Part shown: one piece after another, positions 52,291 through 64,000 of the stretch
How the letters are laid out: every line of letters begins with the position of its first letter
Position numbering within the stretch: the first letter of the stretch is position 1
Notes under the pieces: generated by a model
What the model was told of the DNA's origin: nothing
Databases searched by the model: none
What the model saw: only the letters and a program-made list of their open reading frames with translations
Origin: Octopus sinensis
Taxonomy: Eukaryota
Assembly: GCF_006345805.1 (NCBI RefSeq)
Contig: NC_043003.1
Location: 46,872,001-46,936,000 of the forward strand
Direction of reading: 5' to 3'
DNA length: 64,000 nt
Program-made: the position numbers and the translations under genes

Positions 52291-52943
52291 AATATATAAA
52301 ACTTCAAATTTCCGCACTAAGGCACGGTTTTTATGCCCCATGGTCGTAACTTCAACCGTGTTTTTTCTGTTGTGATTTTTGCTACCCAGGTATCGGTTAT
52401 CATTTGAATTATCCGTAATAAGATAATTCATTTATCTACTTCAATAATATATATATATATAGATAGACTAGCAGAGATACCCGGCGTTGCTCGGCATTAA
52501 AAGGGTATAGTTTTTTATTCTTTTACTTGCTTCGGTCATGTAGCTTCAGTCCTGCTGGAGCATCACCTTTAGTTGAAAGAATTGGCAACAGGATTTATTC
52601 TTTGAAAGCATAGTACTTATTATATCGGGGTGGTTTGTAAACGGCTAAGTTGTAGGGACGTAAACACAGCAACATCGGTAGTCAAGTGATGGTGAAGGTA
52701 CAAACACAGACACAGACACATGAACACACACACACTATATATGCATATATATATATATATATATAAATGTATATATATATATATATATATACATACATAA
52801 TAGTATATATATACATGCATATATGTATATGCATATACATATGTATGTGTACATATATATGTGTGTGCGTGTGTGTGTGCAATAATATATACAAGTATAT
52901 ATATATGTATATATGCAGGAATATAAATATACATATACATGTG

Positions 52944-52978
<35 letters not shown>

Positions 52979-52981
52979 CAC

Positions 52982-53025
<44 letters not shown>

Positions 53026-53104
53026 ACGGGAAGCTTTATGAAAATAAACAAAAGACGAAGGCAGGTGGAAAACAAACGAACAATTGTAATATATATATAT
53101 ATAT

Positions 53105-53161
<57 letters not shown>

Positions 53162-53162
<1 letters not shown>

Positions 53163-56100
53163 TGTTGGCATCCTTTTTGTCTTGGGAGACAATGGAGTTG
53201 CGCATAAAATAGTCAAGTCCTGATACGTTTCCTGCTGTGACTGTGTAGTCCTATCCTGGACAAACACTCCCTCTGGCAGGTACCGCAAATGTAGCGAAGA
53301 CTGTTCCTGGCTGGTTGTAATGCCATAGTTTCTTGTTGACGTCTTCTCTTGTCTTTCCATTTCTCCTCTCTCTCTCTCCGTCACTCCCTTGTACTCCCTC
53401 TTTTACGGTACATCGCCAATCTCCACGGTTGCCGGCAACTGCTTCCCAACCGCTAATATTGATGTTGCAGGCCTTCATGTCCCTTTTGCAAACATCCTTG
53501 TAACGTAAGAACGGTCTACCCACAGACCTAGTACCCCTAGCAAGCTCTCCGTAGAGTATGTCCTTGGGGATTCTGCCATCTTTCATACGGCTAACATGCC
53601 CAAGCCATCTCATACGTCTTTGTGTGAGGAGTGCAAACATGCTTGGTATTCCTGCTTGCTTGAGGACATCTTTGTTGGGGATATGATTCTGCCATTTGAT
53701 GCGGAGGATTTTCCGGAGGCAGCGTGGGTGAAAGATGTTTAGGCGACGCTCTTGGCGTGTGTATAGCGTCCAGGTCTCACTTCCATACAGTAGAGTGCTG
53801 AGTACACATGCCTGGTAGATCTTCATTTTCGTGGTCTTGGTCAGCTTATTGTCGTCCCATGCCCGTTTGGAGAGTTGGGCCATCGCAGCAGCTGCCTTGC
53901 CAATCGTATATTGAGCTCAGCGTCAAGGGATAGGGTGTAGGTGACGGTAGGGCCAAGATAGGTAAACTTCTCCACCTCTTGTAATCTGTGGTCTCCAATA
54001 TGTATGTTTGGGATGTCCGATGTAGCCTGACCCATGATGTTGGTCTTCTTAAGGCTGATAGCTAAGCCAAAGTCGTTACATGCTTGCTCAAAACAGTTAA
54101 TGAGCCTTTGGAGAGCTTCTTCTGTGTGTGATACCAGAGCGGCATCATCACCAAATAGCATCTCCTTGATCAGGACGTTTCTGATTTTGGTCTTGGCACG
54201 CAGGCGCGAGAGATTTAACAGTTTCCCGTCACTTCTACTGTGCAGAAACACTCCATCATCTGATGTCTGAAAGGCATGTGAGAGTAAGAGCGAGAAGAAG
54301 ATTCCAAATAATGTAGGAGCGAGGACACAACCTTGCTTTACCCCGCTTTTATTTGGAAGGCGGCTGATGTTGAACCATTGTGCTGTATGGTGCCTTGCAT
54401 ATCATCATGGAAAGACTTGATGATCCTCAGCAGCTTTGGTGGACATCCGATTTTTTGGAGCAGGATGAAGAGGCCTGTTCTGCTTACCGAGTCAAAGGCC
54501 TTTGTTAGATCAATGAAGGCCATATATAATGGCATTTTCTGCTCTCTGGACTTCTCCTGAAGTTGGCGTATGGAGAATATCATATCAATAGTTGATCTGC
54601 TTCTTCTAAAGTCACACTGCGATTCCGGATAGATTCGAGAAGCAAGTAGTTGTAGCCTGACAAGGATAACGCGGGCAAAGGTCTTTCCAACAGTGCTTAG
54701 AAGAGATATTCCACGGTAAGTGTTACAATCACCACGGTCGCCTTTGTTTTTGTAAAGCGTAATGATGTTAGCATCCCGCATATCCTGAGGGACTGTACTC
54801 TCTTCCCAGCACTGACACAGAAGCTCATGAAGGTGCCGAAGCAGGATAGTGTTTTTGCCGGCTTTGATGATCTCTGAGGGGATGCTGTCTTTTCCAGGAG
54901 CCTTGTTTCTTGCTAGGGAGTCAATAGCCTTGGTGAGCTCTGCTATAGATGGCGGACTGTCAAGCTCGCACATGACTGGCAAGATCTTGACACCCTCGAT
55001 TGCAGCCTCAGCTACCGTGGTCTCTCGTGAGTTGAGATCCTGGTAGTACTCCACCCATCTATCCATTTGCTTGCTTTGATCCCTGATGAGATCTCCAGTA
55101 GTAGATTTCAGAGGGGCATACATCCCACGGGTGTCGCCCCCGTAGCAGCTGACTGGATACTCTGACAGATTTCCTGCCAATACCTATTTGCACAGCGTCT
55201 GGCTGTCAGTTGGGTTTTATTTCTTGCCTTTCTGAGCTCTTCGAGTGACTTTGTAGAAGAATCACTCTTGAATTGCATCAGAGCTGCACGCTTTGCTTCG
55301 ATAACTGGCTCCAGCTCTGAGAGCCCAGCATTGAACCAATCTGGGTTTTGCCTTTCTCTCATGCCGAAAGTATCTATTGATGTCGTATACAAAGCTTCCC
55401 TGATATAGTTCCACCTACTTTCAGCAGAGGAGGTTGGGCAGCTACTGAGGGCAACCTTGATAGAAGCAGCAAAACATTTTCACAGTGTAGCGTCCGAGGT
55501 TCTGGCAGTGTTAATGCGTGGTCGGCCCACTTTCTTGGACTTTTTTAGGCAGAATTCTCACCCTACTTCTAATTAGTGAGTGGTCTGTGTCACAATCCGC
55601 GCTGTGGTAACTGCGGGTCAATAGAACAGAATTCAGAAAGGATCTCCGTATAATGATGAGATCCAGCTGATGCCAGTGGTAAGATCTTGGATGTCTCCAA
55701 GATGTCTTGTGGGATGGCTTGTTGGTAAAGAATGTGTTTGTGATGCACAGGTTATGATATGTGCAGAATTCGAGTAGTCTCTGACCATTGTCATTCATGT
55801 TGCCAATACCAAAGTGTCCAACACAAATGGGCCACGAATCATGGTCAGATCCCACGCGAGCGTTAAAATCCCCTAGAAGGTAGATATTTTCAGTTGTTGG
55901 TATACTTTCTATGACACAGTTGAGATCTTTGTAGAACTGGTCCTTGGTCTCCTCTGAGCTGTAGAGAGTGGGAGCATAGAGGCTGAGTAGATGTACTGAA
56001 CCAGAAGAAGTCGAGAGGTGCAGTGAGAGGATACGCTCAGTGCCTCCTGATGGTGGTTCTATTGAGGAGAGTAATGAGTTTCTCACTGCAAATCCAACGC

Positions 56101-56747
56101 CATGCTGACGAGGTTCTTCTGGATCGCTTCCCTGCCAAAAGAAGGTGAAATCCTGTTCTTTGAGTTTGCCGTTTGAGGGAAGTCTTGTCTCCTGTAGCCC
56201 AGCAATGTCTATGTTGAGCCTCTTTAGTTCACGGTCAATGATGGCCGTTTTCCTTGTGTCTTCAACCCTGAGTAGATCATCAGATATTCCAGGGCACATG
56301 GTCCTGACATTCCAGCTTGCCAACCGCAGGACTGGTGGTTTCTTGCCTTTTAGTTGTTTGCCTGGTGCAGAGGTTGCAGGCCGCTTTTCAAGTCATACTC
56401 TTAGCTACAAGCACCCAACGAAGCAGGCGGCCTGTGGCGGGTCAGCACCATATTAACTGGGGGCTGCCCAGCTTGAGATGGGCAGTAGCTAACCAATAGG
56501 ACACGGAGGTCCCTCCCACTGTCAGAGGTAACCCGTAGCGCCCATATTTTACGCCAATCTGAATGGACTTATCACTCGTGACTGTTACCTCCCATTGTCG
56601 AACACTAACCCGCCTTCGGGGCTCCACTCCGGATTTCTTTGAAGGTTGTCTCCTTTCTGTAACCCTGGATAGGGGTCTATACCGGGTACTGTCAGCCGGA
56701 GCCAGCTGAGCCCGGAACTCGTGTCAGGCAGGGTCGTCACTCCCTGG
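53162..56747 (-). mobile_element. Near full-length RTE (BovB-like) LINE with APE + RT, disrupted, inserted in (TA)n
   Basis: APE: ASWNVRTM..IAGLQETRL..LLGDFNARVG..HWHQLDLII..CDTDHSLI. RT: YRGISLLS..FIDLTKAFDSV..QGCVLAPTLF..LFGDDAAL..FTYLG..LLYGSETWT. ~420-bp 5'UTR; several frameshifts. Confidence 0.96.
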
Positions 56748-56766
56748 TATATATATATATATATAT

Positions 56767-57156
56767 ACCAGCAGTATCGCCCGGCATTGCTCGGGTTTGT
56801 TTCGACCCGCTGGAATTGGAATTTTTGAAAAGTAAAAATTTTACATTATGTAGCTTGTTATTCTCTTCAAGTGAACATTTTTCTGGTTGAAATACACCGA
56901 AAAGTGGCGACACAGCAGTGAAAAAATCGTAAAAAATAGGGATTTTCATAGAAAAAAACACCTTTTTGATGTAAATAATTTTTGGTGTTAACATGGTCCG
57001 ATTTGAATTTTATCTTCTACGGAAGGAAGAGCAAGCCTTCTTTTATCATACTCTCAATTTTGGTCAACTTGTGCCGCAGGGTCTCGGAGGAGATAGTGTT
57101 AGTTAAAGGCTACCAAACTGGCGCACACAGACAACTTCAGCTTTATATAGAGAGAT
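56767..57156 (+). mobile_element. DINE-1/HINE-like (Helentron-associated) non-autonomous element
   Basis: Starts accagcagtatcgcccggcattgctcggg, ends cagacaacttcagctttatatagagagat; a similar head at 52468-52500. Class assigned from recalled terminal patterns. Confidence 0.6.
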
Positions 57157-57191
57157 ATATATATATACACGCGCACACACACACATATATA

Positions 57192-57244
<53 letters not shown>

Positions 57245-57799
57245 TGTACCATGTACCTCTGAACCACAATGAAAAAATCCTTTTAGTTCCACGTTGCCCT
57301 TCCTTCCCCCACTGTCCCTTAAAAAAGCAAACATTCCTTAGCTACACACAAAACAGAAAAAATGCCAAAAAGTCAGGTCAGTTCCTCTTCAATTTTTTGT
57401 AAATTCTTAAATATATCAAATATATCTTCTATGTATGTACGTATATATATATATATGCTACCAAACAAACATGATTTTTATTTAACTCCTAATACTATTT
57501 GTTGAATACTTTCTTAAATACTTTCTTGTAAACTGTTTTTAATATTTTCTTATTATTATCAAAGAATGTATATATGTATTTTAATACTTTTGTGAAAACC
57601 AGTACAACCAGTACTTAGCACAACAAAGCTTATACAAAGCTTTACAGTTTACTTTTGACAATCTTTTTTCTAAAAAAGGGAAACGGGTCAAGTGAATAAA
57701 CATCTTTAAAATTGCATTTTCAAACCTTCTTTCATATATATTTCCAATCGTGCTGTATCATACAACTTTACTTTGTTATACACGCACACACATACACAC

Positions 57800-57855
<56 letters not shown>

Positions 57856-58738
57856 GTGTATATAAAACCATATGTATATACATAATATATGAATGTATAT
57901 ATACATATATATCTATTCTATGTATGTATATATACATATATTTATATCTATATATGTATATATACACACATATATATACTTATATTTATATATATATATA
58001 TATATATACGTATATATACATATATATAAGCATATATATATATATGTATATATATATGCATAATCATATATATGCATATATACATATTTATACATATATA
58101 TACATATATATGTATATTTACAAATATATATATACATGTAAATATATATGCATATATATGTATATATACATGTAATATGCATTGTTGAAGTTTTGTAGTA
58201 CACTTATTCCAAGAGCACATGCTTAAATTTTATGCATCTTTCAAGAAAAGTGGATGTATTTGTGCTTTCAAAGGGGTTCTGTCCTGTGTTATAAACCCCA
58301 TTAGGGGGTTTAAATATTATTGTAAGATGGGGAAATTTTGGAAATCGTCTTTATTTATTACTTTGTCGTTATGTTGTTATTTTCATTGAAATCACCATGG
58401 CTGTTCCGTATGGAACTACATTACTCCAGCTTGTTAACGACACAACCGATATAATGTGTCCAATATGTTGCGATCAGGGGAGTGAACCCCTACCATCTAG
58501 CGGTGACTAGATCAGTATAACGGTCTGGTTTCAGGGTTTTTCCCTTCCTTAGTACTGGACACTTGTCTACTAGACATGGCAGTCGTTCATCCGAGCACGC
58601 AACATGTAGAAAAAGAAGTGACATTCAACCGCTGATTTTGCAACAAGCAAAGTAGCTAGTATTAAAATCTCAATAAGAGATGTAAGTACATATATATATA
58701 ACCTTAATTATAGGTCTACTCGATCAAATATTGTACTC

Positions 58739-59025
58739 GGCACTCCGTCGGTTACGACGAGTGCTCCAGTTGATCCGATCAGTGGAACAGTTCGTTCGTG
58801 AAATTAATGTGAAAGTAGCCAAACAGTCCACAGACATGCGTACTCAGCACGTCACAAGGCTGGCCCTTTGAAATACAGGTGCAATGCATTTTTGCCAGCT
58901 TAGTGGACTGGAGCAATGTGCAATAAAGTGTCTCACTCAAGAACACAATGCACCGTCAGGAATCGAGCTCACGACCTTACGAAGGTGAGCCGAATACCCC
59001 TAAACACTAATCCACGCGCCTTCAC
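58739..59025 (-). mobile_element. SINE family D
   Basis: Homologous to 35309-35622. Confidence 0.88.
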
Positions 59026-59094
59026 ATCTCACATATCATGAGGAGTAAACAAGAATAACCTGCAACGTGTAACAAAGTTCATATGGAGTAACGG

Positions 59095-60275
59095 AGAAAT
59101 GGTTCTATCCAACAGAACACAGGACGGTAGCACTGAGTAACCAGTCAAAACGGTGTACAGATACATGATTCTATCCAACAGTACACAGAGTAGTTGTAAT
59201 ATCTAGCTATGAGGGAGGCGGTGAGCTGGCAGAAACGTTAGCACGACGGGCGAAATGCTTAGCGGTATTTCGTCTGCCGTTATGTTCTGAGTTCAAATTC
59301 TGCCGAGGTAGACTTTGCCTTTCATCTTTTCGGGGTCGATTAAATAAGTACCAGTTACGCACTGGGGTCGATATAATCGACTTAATCCGTTTGTCTGTCC
59401 TTGTTTGTCCTCTCTGTGTTTAGCCCTTTGTGGGTAGTAAAGAAATAGGTGTTTCGTCTGCCGCTACGTTCTGAATTCAAATTCCGCAGAGATCGACTTT
59501 GCCTTTCATCCTTTCGGAATCGATAAATTAAGTACCAGTTATGCACTGGGGTTCGATGTAATCGACTTAATCCCCTTGTCCGTCCTTGTTTGTCCCCTCT
59601 CTGTTTAGCCCCTGGTGGGCAACAAAGAAATAAATATCTAGCTAAGGGGAAGGCGGCGAGCTGGTAGAACCGTTAGCAAGCCGGACAAAATGCTTAGCGG
59701 CATTTCTTCTGGTCTTATACACTGAGTTTAAATTCCGCTGAAGTCGTTTCTACCTTTCATCCTTTCGTGATCGACAAAGTAAGTACCATTTGAGCACTAG
59801 GGTCAATTAGCCAGCTCCCTCAAATTTTTAGGCTTTATGCCTATAGCAGAAAAAACAGAAAAATATATTTAGCTACGAGTTACAGTCGGAGTACTCATAA
59901 AGGGTTCTAGTCATTTAGCTTTGAGTGAGATATTAATCCAGATGGGGTACAGATATGTGACTCTCTTCAACAAACCACAGAGCTTAAGTAACATTTAGCA
60001 AATTTATGAGTAACTAGTTCAGATAGACTGCTGATATTTAGCTCTAACCAAAAGAACACAGAGTAGTTGTATAATTTCTAGCTATGGGTAACAGTTGGAA
60101 TACTCAGACGGTTCTAGTCATTTAGCAATGTGTGAGTAACTAGTTCAGATGGAGTACTGATATGTGACTCTATTTAACAGAACACAGACATGTAGTAACA
60201 TTTACCAATGTATGAGTAACTAGTTCAGAAGAGATACTGAGGATCTATTCAATAAAACACACAGTAGTTGTGTGA
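59095..60275. repeat. Degenerate minisatellite (~60-70 bp subunits) interrupted by SINE B copies
   Basis: Recurring aacagaacacagagtagttg, tgagtaactagttcaga, ggttctagtcatttagc. Confidence 0.7.
59216..59850 (+). mobile_element. SINE family B dimer (59216-59632) followed by a second monomer (59651-59850)
   Basis: Two heads ggcgg(t/c)gagctgg; atat(c/t)tagcta motif at 59199, 59634 and 59865. Confidence 0.88.
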
Positions 60276-60519
60276 ATATCTTTTCAGGACAAATTTCAAC
60301 ATTTTCTGAAAACTAACCCAAACTATAAATACCAACTTGTTTGAATGAACCAAAATAGACTTTTATTTTATTTTATTTATTTCCTTTATTTATGTATTTA
60401 TCATTTTGCACTCTTTCGTTTTGGTATTTTGTCGTATTTTTTTTATCTAGTTGTTGTAGCATTTAAGGCTATTTTGTTATATTTAATTTTCGTTCACCAA
60501 GACGTCAGACGCCTCAGTA

Positions 60520-60720
60520 CAGGCTTTATCTGTAATTGTAATTTAGTTTTGCGGCGAGTTATACAGAAAGATTATTACACGTCTTTGGTTCTCCATTCAT
60601 CCATCTATCATCTCTTGGATCGGGGCGGTTCTCTCCGACACACATTATATCAGCTCAGGCGTAATTCAGGATTCGGTTGTGACTCCCTTTCGAATGGCCA
60701 CTTTAGGATATTACAATGAA
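60520..60720 (+). pseudogene. Possible old Jockey/CR1 RT remnant
   Basis: FSIHPSIISWIGAVLSD..ISSGVIQDSV resembles GIHPSLISWIASFLS..SGVPQGSV. Confidence 0.45.
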
Positions 60721-61080
60721 GAAATTTTACAAAAAAAAACTTCCTTTTCGGGAACAGCTTACCAAAGCCATAATATACGAACAAAATAATCGTGCTGCTT
60801 ATCTGAATAAATTAAACTGTTCCAGCAAGATTAAAATTTCGTTTTGACTTTAGCAGTCTCCATGTCAGATTATTTAGAGAAAATTATAATATAAAGAATC
60901 CCTAGCAGTGTGGTTAGGAAGTCCGTTTCGCAACTAAATGGTATCGGGTTCAATCTCAGCGCAACACGTTGGACAAGTGTCCTCTGTCATAACTTCAGAT
61001 TGCTCGATACCGTGTGAGACCTTAGACATACTTTGGTGAATATCAAAAACATGCATACATATATACACAAACACATACAA

Positions 61081-61762
<682 letters not shown>

Positions 61763-61763
61763 T

Positions 61764-61978
61764 CGAGGGAGTGCTGAAAAGTACCTGGCTTTGCCTAAAA
61801 GAAAATACAGAAGGATCAGTTAATTATGATTTTATTCAACATGCTGCCGTCGCAGATTCACACACATTGCAGCAGTCCTTCAGTTTTTCTAAACCCTATA
61901 AAAGAACTCGGAAGACTGGACCTCCAGCCAGGCTTTTCACGATACCCTTATGGCCAGGAACGTCCCAGCAGTCCCTCG
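61764..61978. mobile_element. Mariner-type MITE
   Basis: TIRs cgagggagtgctgaaaagtacctggc / gccaggaacgtcccagcagtccctcg; TA on the right flank. Confidence 0.8.
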
Positions 61979-63445
61979 TATGTATGTATGTATGTATGTA
62001 TGTATGTATGTATGTATGTATGTATGTATGTATGTATGTATGTATGTATGCATGTATGTATGTATGTATGTATGTATGTATGTATGTATGTATGCATGCA
62101 TGTATGTATGTATGTATGTATGTATGTATGTATGTATGTATTTATGTATGTATGTATGTATGCATGCATGTATGTATGTATGTATGTATGTATGCATGTA
62201 TTTATGTATGTATGTATGTATGCATGCATGTATGTATGTATGTATGTATGTATGTATGTATTTATGTATGTATGTATGTATGTATGTATGTATGTTGTAT
62301 GTATGTATTTATGTATGTATGTATGTATGTATGTATGTATGCATGTATGTATGTATTTATGTATGTATGTATGTATTTATGTATGTATGTATGTATTTAT
62401 GTATGTATGTATGTATGTATTTATGTATGTATGTATGTATGTATGTATGTATGTATGTATGTATGTATGCATGCATGTATGTATGTATTTATGTATGTAT
62501 GTATGTATTTATGTATGTATGTATGTATGTATGTATGTATGTATGTATGTATGTATGTATTTATGTATGTATGTATTTATGTATGTATGTATGTATTTAT
62601 GTATGTATGTATGTATGTATTTATGTATGTATGTATTTATGTATGTATGTATGTATGTATGTATTTATGTATGTATGTATTTATGTATGTATGTATGTAT
62701 TTATGTATGTATGTATGTATGTGTATGTATGTATGCTGCATATGTATGTATGTATTGTATGTATGTATGTATGTATGTATATTATGTATGTATGTATGTA
62801 TGATGCATGTATGTATGTATGTATGTATGTATGCATGTATTTATGTATGTATGTATGTATGCTGCATGTTGTATGTATGTAGTATTATGATTTTGTATGT
62901 ATGTAGGTATGTATGATGTAGGTATGTATGTATGTATGTAGGTATTTATGTATGTATGTATGTATGTATGTATGTATGAATGTATGTATGTATTATGTAT
63001 GTATGTATGTATTATGTATGTATGTATGTATTTATGTATGTATGTATGATGTATTATGTATGTATGTATGTATGTATGTATGTATGTTGTATGTATGTAT
63101 GCATGATGTTATGTATTGGATTTATGATTATGTATGTATTATGTATGTATGTATGTATGTATGTATGTAGTATGTATGTATGTATTGATTTTATTTTAGG
63201 TATTGTATTTATGTATGGATGTATGTATTTATGTATGTATGTATGTATGTATTTATGTATGTATGGTTATTTATGTATGTATGTTGTATGTATGTATTAT
63301 GTATGTATTGAGTTATGTATGTATGTATGTATTTATGTATGATGTATGTATGTAGTATGTATTATGTATGTATGTATTTATGTATGTATGTATGTATGTA
63401 TGTATGATGTATGTATGTATGTATGTATGTATGTATGAATGTATG
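61979..63445. repeat. ~1.47 kb (TATG)n array, progressively degenerate
   Basis: Direct reading; explains the MYVC ORFs. Confidence 0.95.
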
Positions 63446-63542
63446 TATTCGACTTGCACCAATGTATGTCTTAGGCCTTACGGTATATGCTTCGACCCTT
63501 TGCGTCCTGAGTTCAGATCCCACTAAGGCCTACTTAATATAT

Positions 63543-63600
63543 ATTTCTTTACTACCCACAAGGGGCTAAACACAGAGGGGACAAACAAGGACAGACAATA
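63543..63600 (-). mobile_element. 58-bp SINE B 3' stub with 19-bp TSD
   Basis: TSD taaggcctacttaatatat at 63524-63542 and 63601-63619. Confidence 0.85.
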
Positions 63601-64000
63601 TAAGGCCTACTTAATATATGGTAGGTTTCATCCTTCACCTCTGCTACAAGTCCAACTTCAAAGTCATTAGAGAAATCCACTCCGTTGCAAGCATTTGGAC
63701 CAATTCACTTCAGTGCAGGATACATTGCCCACTCCCTCCTCCCACCAGCCAATGGAGATCCTCTAAAGTGTCATAGGCAATGCCTTCCTTCCTGACTCAA
63801 AGATAAAAATAAAATGGTCGATGAATATTAGCTAAGAATATAAACAACGGTTAGAAACCGGAAAAACCTGTGTCACTCCTTTGTCACTCTCGTAGGCAGA
63901 AATGCAGTGAATGAATGATTGGTGCGTTGAAAAAAAAACTATAATCAACGACGTTATTGTTCACAAATTGCATTTAACTGTATATATTAGAAGCAGTTTC

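Overview
AT-rich, microsatellite-dense eukaryotic DNA in which I can support no host protein-coding gene, so it is probably intronic or intergenic. The SINE and LINE families suggest a cephalopod (octopus-like) genome; this is an inference from recalled family sequences, not a database search. Most long entries in the ORF track are translations of (TA)n, (CA)n, (TACA)n and (GATA)n tracts. Real content: (1) a 5'-truncated Penelope-like element with inverted ends; (2) a near full-length but disrupted RTE LINE; (3) two clusters of restriction-like-endonuclease (R4/Dong-type) LINE fragments, one stacked head-to-tail in (TAA)n and one tied to (TACA)n; (4) CR1/L2/Jockey-type LINE fragments; (5) at least five tRNA-derived SINE families; (6) mariner/Tc1, hAT and foldback MITEs and a DINE/HINE-like element. 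The most striking signal is about ten type I hammerhead-ribozyme-like motifs from at least six distinct small repeat families, mostly in (TA)n tracts or foldback elements. They include a fully canonical hammerhead in a 226-bp foldback (52065-52290), a mirrored pair (48088-48381) and a multi-copy family with a variant CUGU-N-GA core. Other highlights: a ~190-codon in-frame low-complexity insert splitting the Penelope GIY-YIG nuclease motif, and a SINE/LINE pair with a shared 3' tail. All structures were folded by eye and none was computed.
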